A DNA stretch of 64,000 nt from Clostridia bacterium (GTDB lineage: Bacteria; Bacillota; Clostridia; Christensenellales; DTU072): the NCBI GenBank assembly GCA_045601385.1, contig JAZRZM010000009.1, positions 41,666 to 105,665 on the forward strand, written 5' to 3'. The notes below the pieces were generated by a model that was not told where the DNA came from, searched no databases, and worked only from the letters and a program-made list of their open reading frames with translations. A program made the translations under genes and the position numbers. This document shows, piece after piece, positions 25,480 through 35,985 of the stretch (positions within the stretch are counted from its first letter, which is position 1; every line of letters starts with the position of its first letter).

Positions 25480-27258
25480 ATGCTTGGTCTTTTGAAGTAT
25501 CTTAAAAAGAAAGAATGGCTGTTTGCTTCGTTCGCGCTCGTTTTTATCGTACTGCAAGTCTGGCTCGACTTGAAGATGCCCGACTACATGAATACGATTA
25601 CGCAGATAGCGCAAGGCGCGACGGGATATGCGGGCGCGGGCGGACAGGGAATGTCCGATATATGGCGAAACGGCGGTTTTATGCTTTTGTGCGCGCTCGG
25701 CAGTATGGCTTGCTCCGTCATCACGAGTTTTTTCGTCGTCAATATCGGAGCGAATTTTTCGGTGCGTCTGCGCGAAATGCTCTATTGCAAAGTTCAGAGT
25801 TTTTCCATGTCGGAGATAAACGGTTTTTCGACGGCTTCTTTGATTACGCGCTCGACCAATGACGTCCAGCAAGTGCAACTGATTATCACGATGGGTTTGC
25901 AAATGGTCATCAAAGCGCCGATAACCGCCGTATGGGCAATTTGCAAAATCGCCGGAAAACAGTGGCAGTGGTCGGTTGCGGTGGCTGTCGCCGTCGCGTT
26001 TCTTCTGATCGGTATGTTCGTCATTACTTCTCTTGTCATGGATAAATTCCGCAAGATGCAACGACTGACGGACGATCTGAACCGTGCCACGCGTGAAAAT
26101 TTGACGGGTATACGCGTCATACGCGCGTACAATGCGGAGTCCTTTCAAAAATCGAAATTCGAGGCGGTCAACGACGAGTTTACCCGTACCAACCTGTTTA
26201 CCGGCAGGATTATGGCGTTTCTCAACCCGGCGATGACGGCTGTCATGAACGGTATTTCCCTTGCCATTTATTGGATAGGCGCGGCGATCATCAACCGCGC
26301 TTCGCTGACCGAAGTGGGCGGTTTGTTCGGGGATATGGTCACTTTTATGTCGTACGGTATGCAGATTATCGCTTCGTTTATGATGCTTGCCATGATGTTT
26401 ATGTTTGCGCCGCGCGCGCTTGTTTCGGCAAAGCGCGTCAACGAGGTTTTGCAAACGAAAGAGACGCTTGTCGAAGGTAAAGGCGTGGGCGAGACCGAAC
26501 AAAAGGGGACGGTTTCGTTCAAAAACGTTTCGTTTCGCTATCCGGACGGACAATCGGACGTTTTGACGGATATTTCTTTCGATATAGGACGGGGCGAGAC
26601 GACAGCCCTTATCGGCTCGACCGGGTGCGGCAAATCGACGGTCGTTCATCTCGCGGCGCGGTTTTATGACGTCACGGCAGGCGAAGTCATCGTCGACGGG
26701 CACAACGTGAAGGAATATACCAAAGAAGAATTGGCGAACAAAATCGGTTACGTTTCGCAAAAAGCCGTCCTTTTCAGCGGCGATATACGTTCCAATATTG
26801 ATTTTGGGGATAACGACGCCGACGCCGAACGGGTGGCAAAAGCGATCGGGATTTCGCAAAGTACCGATTTTGTTTGCGAACAGCAGGGCGGTACGGAAGG
26901 ACACGTCGCGCAGAACGGTTCCAACTTTTCGGGCGGTCAAAAACAGCGTTTGTCCATAGCCCGCGCGCTTGCGCGCGACGCCGAAATATATATCTTCGAC
27001 GACACCTTTTCGGCGCTTGACTATAAGACGGACAAAAAACTGCGGGCGGCGTTGAAAGAAGAAATGAAAGACGCGACCTGTCTTATTGTCGCGCAAAGGA
27101 TCGGTACGATTATCGACGCCGACGAAATCATTGTGCTTGACAACGGCCGTATCGTCGGGAAAGGTAAGCATGCGGAATTATTGAAAACCTGTCCTACCTA
27201 TCTGGAAATCGCGCAAAGTCAGTTGAGCGAGGAGGAATTGTCTTATGCACGGGCGTAG
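25480..27258 (+). CDS. ABC transporter permease/ATP-binding protein (heterodimeric exporter subunit A)
   Basis: Six-TM exporter domain, then Walker A GSTGCGKST, signature FSGGQKQR, Walker B IYIFDD. Start at the ATG after a GGGGG RBS (the ORF-track 5' extension covers the promoter). Confidence 0.9.
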   Translation: MLGLLKYLKKKEWLFASFALVFIVLQVWLDLKMPDYMNTITQIAQGATGYAGAGGQGMSDIWRNGGFMLLCALGSMACSVITSFFVVNIGANFSVRLREMLYCKVQSFSMSEINGFSTASLITRSTNDVQQVQLIITMGLQMVIKAPITAVWAICKIAGKQWQWSVAVAVAVAFLLIGMFVITSLVMDKFRKMQRLTDDLNRATRENLTGIRVIRAYNAESFQKSKFEAVNDEFTRTNLFTGRIMAFLNPAMTAVMNGISLAIYWIGAAIINRASLTEVGGLFGDMVTFMSYGMQIIASFMMLAMMFMFAPRALVSAKRVNEVLQTKETLVEGKGVGETEQKGTVSFKNVSFRYPDGQSDVLTDISFDIGRGETTALIGSTGCGKSTVVHLAARFYDVTAGEVIVDGHNVKEYTKEELANKIGYVSQKAVLFSGDIRSNIDFGDNDADAERVAKAIGISQSTDFVCEQQGGTEGHVAQNGSNFSGGQKQRLSIARALARDAEIYIFDDTFSALDYKTDKKLRAALKEEMKDATCLIVAQRIGTIIDADEIIVLDNGRIVGKGKHAELLKTCPTYLEIAQSQLSEEELSYARA

Positions 27259-29035
27259 AATGGCGGCACCCAATGTCGGTGCCAAGGATATGAAAAAAGC
27301 GATCGTCTCCCTTTTCGGGTATTGCAAAAAGTATTCGGCGATTATCGTCGTCGCGCTTTTGTGCGCGGTAGCGAGCGCCGTTTTGTCCGTCATCGGTCCC
27401 GATTATATTTCCGAACTGACGGCGACGATACAAGGGGGTATCTCCTTTGCCGGCGTCAATATCGATATGCAAAAAATCGCCGAAACGGCATGCACGCTCA
27501 TCGGTATTTACGTGGCGAGTATGGTCATGCACTACGTGCAGTCCTTTATCATGAACACCGTCGCTTGCCGCGTCGGGCAAAAAATGCGTTCGGATATCGG
27601 CGCGAAAATAAACCGCATACCGCTCGGCTACTTCGATACCCATATTTACGGCGATACGCTTTCACGCGTTACCAACGACGTCGACAGCATTACGCAGTCG
27701 TTGAATATGAGTATCGGCACTCTCGTTTCGGCTGTGGTGACGCTTCTTAGTTGTATCATAATGATGTTTATTACCGAATGGAGAATGGCTTTTACGGCAA
27801 TCGGGGCGTCCCTTATCGGTTTTATCTTCATGAGCCTTATTATGAGCAAATCGCAAAAGTATTTTTCCCTTCGGCAGGAAAGCCTCGCTTTGGTCAACGG
27901 GCACGTCGAAGAATACTATGCCGGACAAACCATCGTCCGCGCGTATAACGCCGAGAAAAAAAGCCTGACGGCTTTCCGCGAAAGCAATGAAAAACTCCGT
28001 CGGCACACCCTGCGCGCCGAATTCCTCGGCGGTTTGATGATGCCTCTTATGTCGTTTGTCGGCAACCTCGGTTACGTGGCGGTTTGCGTCGTCGGCGCGG
28101 CTCTTGCTTTCGACGGACAAATCGGCTTTGAAGTCGTCGTCGCTTTTATGATTTACGTGCGCCTCTTTACCTCGCCGCTCAGTCAGATCGGACAGGGCTT
28201 TTCGGGTTTGCAGGCGGCTGCCGCGGCAAGCGAACGCGTGTCGGAATTTTTGTCGGAAGCCGAACTTTCAGACGAATCGGGCAAGACGGCGTCTTTGCAA
28301 ACGGTACAGGGAAACGTTCGGTTTGAAAATGTAAAATTCGGTTACAACCCGGATAAAACGATTATTCACGGCTTTTCCGCCGAAATAAAACAGGGACAAA
28401 AGGTCGCCATTGTCGGACCGACAGGCGCGGGGAAAACGACGATCGTCAACCTTTTGATGCGGTTTTACGAAACAAACGACGGCTCGATTACCGTAGACGG
28501 CGTTCCGCTTTCCGATATGACGCGTGAAAGCGTACATGATATTTTCGGTATGGTTTTGCAGGATACGTGGCTGTTTGAGGGGACTTTGCGTGAGAATCTG
28601 ACGTACGGCAGGAAAGATGTAAGCGACGAATACCTTGCCGAGATCTGCGAAAAATGCGGTCTGACGCACTTCGTCAGGACGCTTCCAGACGGCTTCGATA
28701 CGATGCTCGACGATACCGTCACGATTTCGGCAGGACAAAAACAACTGGTCACCATCGCAAGGGCTATGGTCGAAAACGCGCCGATTCTTATTTTGGACGA
28801 AGCGACTTCGTCGGTCGATACCCGTACCGAAATCAAAATACAGAAGGCGATGAATAAACTGACCGAGAACAGAACGAGTTTTGTCATCGCGCACCGCCTG
28901 TCCACGATCCGCGACGCCGACGTGATTTTATATATGCGCGACGGCGATATCAAAGAAACGGGTACGCATGACGAATTGATCGCGAAAAACGGCATGTACG
29001 CCGAACTGTATAACAGTCAATTCTTGACGGCATAA
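27245..29035 (+). CDS. ABC transporter permease/ATP-binding protein (heterodimeric exporter subunit B)
   Basis: Walker A GPTGAGKTT, signature ISAGQKQL, Walker B ILILDEATS. GAGGAGG RBS upstream. Overlaps subunit A by 14 nt. Confidence 0.9.
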   Translation: MHGRRMAAPNVGAKDMKKAIVSLFGYCKKYSAIIVVALLCAVASAVLSVIGPDYISELTATIQGGISFAGVNIDMQKIAETACTLIGIYVASMVMHYVQSFIMNTVACRVGQKMRSDIGAKINRIPLGYFDTHIYGDTLSRVTNDVDSITQSLNMSIGTLVSAVVTLLSCIIMMFITEWRMAFTAIGASLIGFIFMSLIMSKSQKYFSLRQESLALVNGHVEEYYAGQTIVRAYNAEKKSLTAFRESNEKLRRHTLRAEFLGGLMMPLMSFVGNLGYVAVCVVGAALAFDGQIGFEVVVAFMIYVRLFTSPLSQIGQGFSGLQAAAAASERVSEFLSEAELSDESGKTASLQTVQGNVRFENVKFGYNPDKTIIHGFSAEIKQGQKVAIVGPTGAGKTTIVNLLMRFYETNDGSITVDGVPLSDMTRESVHDIFGMVLQDTWLFEGTLRENLTYGRKDVSDEYLAEICEKCGLTHFVRTLPDGFDTMLDDTVTISAGQKQLVTIARAMVENAPILILDEATSSVDTRTEIKIQKAMNKLTENRTSFVIAHRLSTIRDADVILYMRDGDIKETGTHDELIAKNGMYAELYNSQFLTA

Positions 29036-29043
29036 CAAAGAAT

Positions 29044-29080
29044 AAGGCTCCCGAATTTCTTTTTTCGGGAGCCTTTTTTT
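29044..29080 (+). terminator. rho-independent terminator between convergent genes
   Basis: Perfect 12-bp stem AAGGCTCCCGAA / TTCGGGAGCCTT, 8-nt loop, then T7. Confidence 0.8.
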
Positions 29081-29092
29081 GATATTATACTA

Positions 29093-30034
29093 TTATTTGA
29101 AAATTTCCAAATCTCTTTTTTGCAGTTTTTGCACAAGGAAAGTTTGTTCTTTTTCCCAAAGTTTGTAATAATATGCCGCTTTGTTTGTTTGGTGCAAAGT
29201 AAGGTAGTCGTAATAAATCGAGCGGTACAAAAGGCACATAAACGATTCGCCTTTTTTATCCTTGTAATTGACCGAGGCGACGGCGTAGGATTTTAGATAG
29301 TATGTCAAAGCCCGTTCGTATTCTTTCAATTCGTCGCAAATCGAACCGAGGGTAAAATAACTCTGCTCGAAGCACTTGCGATAGGGCATATCGGCGTGGA
29401 GTTCTTCTTGAAGCCGTGCCGATTCCAGTACGTGTGGGTATGCCGCCTTGTAGTCTTTCATAGAGTAGAGCAGTTCGCCGAGATTGCGGTTGATTCTTTC
29501 CTGTAAAGCCGGTTTTTTTTCGGAGCGCACCAGTTCGAGCGCGTTTTTCATGTGCATAAGGGCTTTTTCGTCGTCGTTTTTCTTGCGATACAGAATGCCG
29601 AGCGCCTCTTCTTCGAGGGCGATTTTGATTTTATGCGGTTTCTCGTCCTTTTGCAGATAGCGTAGGGCTTTTTTGCGATAACGCAGGGCTTTTTTATAGT
29701 TTTTTTCGATTTCAAAGCGCACGGCAAAGGAGTTCAGACAGGAAGCGATCGCTTCGGGACAGGGCGACTCTTTATTGATCGTGCAAAACTGTTTGTACGC
29801 TTTTTTTTGCCATTCCGTCCCGTCGCCGCCGAGTCCTACTTGGCACCTGCCGATCAGACTGTAACACTTGGCGAGAGCGATTTTGTTTTCCGTCGAGTTT
29901 TCCTTGATTCGGAGCGTTTCCGCTACATAGGTAAAACAACTTAAAGCGTTTTCGTACATGCCGATATCGAGGTATCCGATACCCATGGAAAAGAATTTTT
30001 TACTGTCAAGTAAGGTCGGGTTATAAGCGTCCAT
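29093..30034 (-). CDS. tetratricopeptide-repeat (TPR) protein
   Basis: Repeated ~34-aa helical units with the A..Y...G/A pattern (e.g. YENALSCFTYVAE, YKKALRYRKKALRY, YERALTYYLKSYAV). Confidence 0.7.
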   Translation of the reverse strand: MDAYNPTLLDSKKFFSMGIGYLDIGMYENALSCFTYVAETLRIKENSTENKIALAKCYSLIGRCQVGLGGDGTEWQKKAYKQFCTINKESPCPEAIASCLNSFAVRFEIEKNYKKALRYRKKALRYLQKDEKPHKIKIALEEEALGILYRKKNDDEKALMHMKNALELVRSEKKPALQERINRNLGELLYSMKDYKAAYPHVLESARLQEELHADMPYRKCFEQSYFTLGSICDELKEYERALTYYLKSYAVASVNYKDKKGESFMCLLYRSIYYDYLTLHQTNKAAYYYKLWEKEQTFLVQKLQKRDLEIFK

Positions 30035-30049
30035 AGGTTTCTCCTTTTT

Positions 30050-30865
30050 TTATCGGCGCAGATATCGAACGGTAAAGGCGACGGCGCGGTCAAACCAGCC
30101 GTCGGCTTCTTTTTTGTAAGCGAGCCCGATGCCGTGTCCACCGGTCGCAAATATTTCTTTTTTGCACGCAACGCCGTTTTTTGTCAGGGCGTCTTCGAGA
30201 CATTCGGTGTTGTACGGCGGTACGCAGGCATCGTCCCGGCAGCACCATATATAGGTCGGCGGATAATCGCCGTCGATGTTTTTTTCGACGGAATATTTCT
30301 CTTTTAGGTCCCCGTCTTTGTCCGTAAGGGCTTCCATAGTGCCGTTATGCGTATTTTCTCCCATGGTAATGACGGGATAAGCGAGGATTTCCGCGGCGGG
30401 CTTCGGTACGTCGAAAGATGCGTATCCGACGTTCTTCGTCCCGAACGAGGCGGCAAGGTGTCCGCCTGCCGAAAAGCCGACGAGAGCGTATTTTTCGGCG
30501 GTAAAGCCAAAGCGCTCGCGGTTATCGAATACGTAGCGAATAAGGGCGGCGAGGTCTTCTTGCGGATTGGGCGCGTGGCTGTGCGGATAGACGCGGTAGT
30601 TAAGGACGAACGCGTTATAGTCCATTCGGTTGAGTTCTTCCGCAAAAGCCGTGCCCTCTTTTCGCGGACATATTTTGTGGTATCCTCCCCCGGGTACGAT
30701 GATAAAGAGCGGCGCGTCCTTTTTCACGATAAACGAATAACCGAACGCGTCTTTTTTGCTCGCGTCTTTTGCTTTTTCGCTTTCCGAATAAAAAGAAAAC
30801 TTTCTTTTGCGGTACAAAAAAGGAAAGAATTGACCGTTATAAAAATTTCCGATGCGTATTTGCAT
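30050..30865 (-). CDS. alpha/beta-hydrolase (esterase/lipase, Abhydrolase_3/BD-FAE-like)
   Basis: Oxyanion block VPGGGY, nucleophile elbow GFSAGGHLA, C-terminal GGHG. Start placed at ATG 30865, which follows GGGGAG at 7-nt spacing. Confidence 0.8.
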   Translation of the reverse strand: MQIRIGNFYNGQFFPFLYRKRKFSFYSESEKAKDASKKDAFGYSFIVKKDAPLFIIVPGGGYHKICPRKEGTAFAEELNRMDYNAFVLNYRVYPHSHAPNPQEDLAALIRYVFDNRERFGFTAEKYALVGFSAGGHLAASFGTKNVGYASFDVPKPAAEILAYPVITMGENTHNGTMEALTDKDGDLKEKYSVEKNIDGDYPPTYIWCCRDDACVPPYNTECLEDALTKNGVACKKEIFATGGHGIGLAYKKEADGWFDRAVAFTVRYLRR

Positions 30866-31008
30866 ATTTTGTCTCCCCAAAAAACAAAATTCTTTTCTCA
30901 AATTATAACATATTCCGAATGTAAAAACAATATTTGCAAACAGTTTTTTGTTTGTCGCTTGCCAAAATACGTTTTTTGAATTATACTTGATAAAAAGGAG
31001 TGGAAAAC

Positions 31009-31626
31009 ATGAAGAAAAAGGTCAGAATACTATTTCAAGGCGATTCGATTACCGACGCCGGCAGAAACCGTTGGTCCAAAGAAAGCCTTGCCGGATACCC
31101 GAAAAAAACGGCGGCTATTCTTTGTGAAAGGTGCAAGGACGTCCGTTTTTCATTTTTTAACCGCGGTATCAGCGGCAATCGCGTCAAAGACCTTTTGGCG
31201 CGCTATAAAAAACATTTTGTCAAAATCAAGCCCGATATCGTCACCGTTATGATCGGTATCAACGACGTTTGGAGGGCGTTCGATCGGAACGATTATACTT
31301 CTTCCGAGACATACCGCGACCGCCTGACGCAACTTTTTTGCGACTTAAAAAGGGATACGAACGCAAAAATAATCGTTCTTTCTCCCTATCTTACGCCCGA
31401 TAAAAAGCACGACGAAATGCGCGGAGAGGTCGATCGCTTTATTATGGTTTGCGAAAAAGTCGCCGCCGAGTACGCCGACGCTTATATCAATACCGATATT
31501 CCCATGAATATCGCGGCGAAGACGTACGGCGCGGACGCTGTCAGTAAGGACGGCGTTCACCCTGCCGAAGAAGGGCAAAAAGTGCTTGCCAAACTTCTTT
31601 CGGATAAAATCATCGAACTTCTGTAA
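31009..31626 (+). CDS. SGNH/GDSL-family hydrolase
   Basis: Block I ILFQGDSITDAGR, block III GINDVW, block V DGVHP. ATG lies 8 nt after AAGGAG. Confidence 0.85.
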   Translation: MKKKVRILFQGDSITDAGRNRWSKESLAGYPKKTAAILCERCKDVRFSFFNRGISGNRVKDLLARYKKHFVKIKPDIVTVMIGINDVWRAFDRNDYTSSETYRDRLTQLFCDLKRDTNAKIIVLSPYLTPDKKHDEMRGEVDRFIMVCEKVAAEYADAYINTDIPMNIAAKTYGADAVSKDGVHPAEEGQKVLAKLLSDKIIELL

Positions 31627-31634
31627 AATTTGCT

Positions 31635-32381
31635 ATGAAAGAAAGACACGTTTTGTTTTTTGATATGGACGGTACGATCCTGTACAAAATAAACCGTTTT
31701 CCCCGTGCCGTCAGAAAGGCGATCCGCCGTGCGCAGTCCGAGGGACACCTGGTTGTGCTCAACACCGGCAGACCGAAAGAAAATATCCCGCGATGCGTCC
31801 GTCGCGGCGTACATTGGGACGGTTTTATCTGTGGCGGCGGTTATGCCGAAATCCTCGGCGAAGTCGTTCAGGACGACCGCTTTTCGCAGGAAAACTTCGA
31901 TAATATCGTCAAACTTGTAAAAAAATACAGAATACCGACGCGTTTTGACGGACACGGCGGTTCGATACCTATTTACCGCTCGTATCGTGGTCGCCGTTTG
32001 AAATCGATCTCGGAAATATACGATAAAAAAATGATCGACAGGACGTATAAGATACAAATGGGTATGATTTTGCCCGAGGAAGGGGAAAAAGAATTGTCGA
32101 AGTATTGTTCTTTGTTCCGCATGGGCAGTTATTACGACGTTTTTGTTCCGAACCGCACCAAGGCGACGGGCATGCGTTTAATTTGCGAAAAAGTCGGCGT
32201 CGATCCGAAAAACACGATGGCGTTCGGCGATAACGCGAACGACGTGCCGATGTGCGCTTTTGCCGGCGTTTCCGTAGCGATGAAACGCTCCAAGCCTGCT
32301 TTGATCGCCGCCGCTACCTACCACGCCGAGTCAAGATACCTCGGCGTAAAAGAGGGCTTGGAAAAGTTTTTGTTCGATTGA
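31635..32381 (+). CDS. Cof-type HAD-IIB phosphatase
   Basis: Motif I FFDMDGTI, motif II LNTGR, motif IV FGDNANDVPM. Confidence 0.85.
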   Translation: MKERHVLFFDMDGTILYKINRFPRAVRKAIRRAQSEGHLVVLNTGRPKENIPRCVRRGVHWDGFICGGGYAEILGEVVQDDRFSQENFDNIVKLVKKYRIPTRFDGHGGSIPIYRSYRGRRLKSISEIYDKKMIDRTYKIQMGMILPEEGEKELSKYCSLFRMGSYYDVFVPNRTKATGMRLICEKVGVDPKNTMAFGDNANDVPMCAFAGVSVAMKRSKPALIAAATYHAESRYLGVKEGLEKFLFD

Positions 32382-32411
32382 TTCTTGTAAAAGAAACTAA
32401 ATACCGCATAA

Positions 32412-32447
32412 AAAAACGGACTTGCGATAAGCCCGTTTTTGTTTTGA
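32412..32447. terminator. bidirectional terminator between convergent genes
   Basis: A-tract, then stem AAAACGGAC / GCCCGTTTT (one mismatch), then T-rich tract. Readable on both strands. Confidence 0.5.
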
Positions 32448-32462
32448 TTATGCGACGTTTTT

Positions 32463-33428
32463 TTACAAAAAGTATACGCCCGTGCCACGTCCCATCGAAT
32501 TGCCGGCTTTGATGTACTTGTTATATTCTTCCTGCAATTTGTTTTCGATGAAGAGGTCTTCTTTGTCGTCTTTTTTGTAAAAACGGTTGAATATGCACCA
32601 ATAATCGGGATTATTGCGGCATTTTTCTTCTTTGACAAGGATAAACAGATCCATAATGGTGACGATCGGATCGTCGCTTTTCAAAAAGTCGCGGTGGACG
32701 GGATAGAGCATCCAGGAAGTGAGCATGAAGCACACTTTGTCGCCGAGTTGATCACGGAAGAACTCCTTTGCCTGCGCGAAGGAGTCGAGCCACTCTTCTT
32801 TGCTCGGCATATCGACCGTCGGGGGATAGACGAAGAGGACTTTTTGTCCTTTGCTTATCTTTTTGCCGTTTTGCTCGAAAGCGATGGGACTTTTTCCCAC
32901 TTCGTAGAGGATTCTGCCGAAACCGAAACGTTCCAGCGTAAATATTTTGCTGAAAGAGGGCGCGTCGAACGTACCCCATACGCCGTACACGCGGTAGGCT
33001 TCGTAGAGTTTGCTACGGAGATAATCGACCGTGTCGAGAAACAGTTTTTCGGAATAGCCTTTTTGATCGTATTTTTCTTTCAGGTGGGGCAATAAGCAAT
33101 AATAAAAAGTCATCGCCAGCGGAATGTTACTGATTTCCAGTTTTTTTGCGACCGAATTCGTGGTGGAAAAATACACTTTCGGAGAAGTCGCTTTTGCGAA
33201 GTCAACCGGTTTGTCCATATAGTAATCGTCTACGGGACAAAGAAAGCGGTGGCAGTTTTGTTCGTTTCCGCGAAGCGCGTCCATCGTTTGCAAAAGTGAA
33301 GTCTCCGCGTTGTTCGGATAATGATTATTTTCGCAGAACTTTTTGATTTCCGCTTTCAAAGCGTCCGCAGATACGGACAGAGGTCTTAATTCTTTTTGTT
33401 TTTTTGCCATGATTACACTTCCTTGCAA
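32463..33428 (-). CDS. conserved hypothetical protein, paralog of 15415-16374 (possible N-acyltransferase-like)
   Basis: Collinear similarity to the 15415-16374 product (WGTF, FGRILYEV, TSWMLYPVH, YWCIFNRFY). Lies 9 nt downstream of the transporter gene. Confidence 0.6.
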   Translation of the reverse strand: MQGSVIMAKKQKELRPLSVSADALKAEIKKFCENNHYPNNAETSLLQTMDALRGNEQNCHRFLCPVDDYYMDKPVDFAKATSPKVYFSTTNSVAKKLEISNIPLAMTFYYCLLPHLKEKYDQKGYSEKLFLDTVDYLRSKLYEAYRVYGVWGTFDAPSFSKIFTLERFGFGRILYEVGKSPIAFEQNGKKISKGQKVLFVYPPTVDMPSKEEWLDSFAQAKEFFRDQLGDKVCFMLTSWMLYPVHRDFLKSDDPIVTIMDLFILVKEEKCRNNPDYWCIFNRFYKKDDKEDLFIENKLQEEYNKYIKAGNSMGRGTGVYFL

Positions 33429-33437
33429 ATAAAATTT

Positions 33438-35150
33438 TTATGCGACGGTTTCCGCCGTTTCGGCGCCCCCCGTTTGGGTGTTTTGGTCTTGTTGCGCATT
33501 CTTTTCGTCTGCGCGACGTTGCAGTTCTTCGATGATCTCACGATGCTTCGTTTCGTTCATATCGTAGAAGAAATAAGGTAAGGTTTCCAGCACCTTGGCG
33601 ATGCTCATTAAAATAATCGTCCATAAAAAGACGTCGTTTCTTACGTCGTCGAAATAGAGGACGTTCCAGTCCGAAGAAAAACCGAGATATGCGTAGACGG
33701 CGGGGACAATCAGGGCGATGACGCGGACAAGGGGACTGGTGAATACGCCGAAGATATTGGCGCAACTTTCCAGACGTTCGCCCGATATATATTGTTGATA
33801 GTCCCATATTTCCGGCAGCATGACTTCGTTTGCCATGCAGGCGAAGATATTGAAGAAGTTGACCGAGCCGAGCCCGATAAAAAGGATAACGATACTGTTG
33901 GTGTATACGCCGAGTATCTGAATGCCGAAAGAAATCAGTTGTAAAAAACTCGTCGAGATATAGGTACGCTTGATTCCGAACTTTTTGATAGCCCACGGCA
34001 CGAAAGGCAGACCGACGGTGGCAAAGCACCCCGACAGCCCCGTCAATACGCCGAGGATGTAGTCCTGCCGCATAGCGTATACGACCATAACGTTCATGAT
34101 CGTGATGACGCCCGAGGATACCGTCGCCAGCAAAGAACCGATGTTCTTGATCCAAAGATATTTGTTACGCAGTATCTGTTTGAAACCGCTGAAAATATTG
34201 ATTTGTACGTTCGCTTCGTGTTTTTCTTCGACAATTACGCGCTCTTTTAATCCGAAAGCCTGAATAAGCGTCAGCGGCGTATACAAAAGAACGAACGCCG
34301 GGACGATGTATTGATAGGTGCGAATCGAGGACATACCGCCCGTGTACGCGGCAAAAATCGGCAGCAGTACCATCGTCAGTCCGCCGAACGCACCGCTGAC
34401 AAACTGTTCCAGCGTGGCGAGTTTCGTTCGCTCTTGCGTGTTGGGCGTCATCAGATTACGGATGTTCGACTTCTGATCTTTGAACGTAACGAAGTTGTTA
34501 TACAGGTGGAACAAAAGTTGCACAACCCAAAGTTTTTTGGTGTAATCCCAATTTTGCACGGGCAAGAACGCCATAAGGAGTAAAACGGCGATGGTCGGAA
34601 GCCACCCGACGATAACCCAGGGGCGGAACTTGCCGAACTTGGGGGCAAGCACGCGATAAACGAGCATCGGATAATAGATGCCGAATACCTTGCTCAAAAA
34701 GAAACAGCCGAGCAGTTGCGGAAAAGCATATATGATTTTGTCGGTATATTGCGGCGGTATAAAAAAACTTGCGATACCGAGCGCCGCCCATGCGGCACAA
34801 ATGATATGGATGACCTTCATCGTCTTTTTCGGCGGATGACCGTAGTTGTCTTGTATGATCATCGTCAGCGGCGAAAACACGAGATTCAGTATCATATCGA
34901 TGATACTGCAAATATAAATGTCCCTGAACGAAATCCCGTATACCGCGCCGACCAAAAAGCACGACGCCGAAAAGGAGATATAACTGAGCACGTTGCTGAT
35001 GCCGACCGAGCCGGAGCCGCCGAGGCACAGATTGATGACTTCTTTATTGGGGACGGCGTTGCCTTCTTTCGGCTCTTTCCAGTGGTCTTTGAAATCGACG
35101 CATGCGCCGACGACTTTTGTTTTTATTTCTTTCGGGCTGATTTTTTTCAT
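33438..35150 (-). CDS. MFS/GPH-type (glycoside-pentoside-hexuronide-like) membrane transporter
   Basis: 570-aa protein with about 12 hydrophobic spans. AAGGAG RBS. Family assignment rests on overall topology only. Confidence 0.6.
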   Translation of the reverse strand: MKKISPKEIKTKVVGACVDFKDHWKEPKEGNAVPNKEVINLCLGGSGSVGISNVLSYISFSASCFLVGAVYGISFRDIYICSIIDMILNLVFSPLTMIIQDNYGHPPKKTMKVIHIICAAWAALGIASFFIPPQYTDKIIYAFPQLLGCFFLSKVFGIYYPMLVYRVLAPKFGKFRPWVIVGWLPTIAVLLLMAFLPVQNWDYTKKLWVVQLLFHLYNNFVTFKDQKSNIRNLMTPNTQERTKLATLEQFVSGAFGGLTMVLLPIFAAYTGGMSSIRTYQYIVPAFVLLYTPLTLIQAFGLKERVIVEEKHEANVQINIFSGFKQILRNKYLWIKNIGSLLATVSSGVITIMNVMVVYAMRQDYILGVLTGLSGCFATVGLPFVPWAIKKFGIKRTYISTSFLQLISFGIQILGVYTNSIVILFIGLGSVNFFNIFACMANEVMLPEIWDYQQYISGERLESCANIFGVFTSPLVRVIALIVPAVYAYLGFSSDWNVLYFDDVRNDVFLWTIILMSIAKVLETLPYFFYDMNETKHREIIEELQRRADEKNAQQDQNTQTGGAETAETVA

Positions 35151-35163
35151 ATCGGTTTACTCC

Positions 35164-35979
35164 TTATTCCGAAAGAAATTCGGGTTGTAACGCGCTGTTT
35201 TCATAAGCCGTCTTTCTCGGCTGCCAGTCTTTTGAATGCAAGACGTCGGGCGAGCAGTAGGCTTTGAATTCGGTAATAGAGGTCGATTGTGAGAAAAAGG
35301 CATAGTCGCCTACTTTTTTCAGCGACGCGGGCAAGATGAGCGAAGTCAGTGCGTCGCAGTAAGAAAAGGCGTCCCGACCGATCTCTTCCAGCCCGTCGTT
35401 CAGAACGAGCGTTTGCATGCCGGTACATTTGATGCAAGCGTAGTCCGATACTTTACGGACGTTTTGCGATAAAGTCAGCGATTTCAGATTGCCGCACATA
35501 TAAAAAGCGTTTTCGGCGATTTCGACGACCGTGTCGGGTATGACAAAAGCCGTCTGTTCGCGCTTGTTCGGATAAGCGATAAGAACCGTCCCGTCTTTAC
35601 TGTACAGCACGCCGTCAACCACCGAAAAATGCTCGTTCCCCTCGGCGACGGCAAAGGCGGTCAGATTGGGGATATTGCAAAAAGCGCGGCAGGAAATCCG
35701 CTCGACGTTTTTCCCGATCGTCAGTTTTTTCAGATTGTCGGAAGAGGCGAAAGCGAAAGGCAGTATCTCGACCACCTTTTCCCCGCCCACTTCGTCGGGA
35801 ACGACAAATTCGTTCGACGTGCTGATGCCGTCGTATTCCGATAGTCCTTTCCCTCCTTCGACGTCTTTGTATTTGACCGTGTCTTCGGTGTTAAATACGT
35901 CGCAAGCGAGCAAAACGCCCGTTAAAACGACCGATAGAACAAGCAAAAATAAAATTTTCGGAAACTTCTTATAATACAT
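35164..35979 (-). CDS. BspA-type leucine-rich-repeat lipoprotein
   Basis: Signal peptide with lipobox LLAC. LRR_5-type units (I..FAF....NL..L.I..NV..I...AF..C..L). Consensus promoter directly upstream. Confidence 0.8.
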   Translation of the reverse strand: MYYKKFPKILFLLVLSVVLTGVLLACDVFNTEDTVKYKDVEGGKGLSEYDGISTSNEFVVPDEVGGEKVVEILPFAFASSDNLKKLTIGKNVERISCRAFCNIPNLTAFAVAEGNEHFSVVDGVLYSKDGTVLIAYPNKREQTAFVIPDTVVEIAENAFYMCGNLKSLTLSQNVRKVSDYACIKCTGMQTLVLNDGLEEIGRDAFSYCDALTSLILPASLKKVGDYAFFSQSTSITEFKAYCSPDVLHSKDWQPRKTAYENSALQPEFLSE

Positions 35980-35985
35980 AAAACA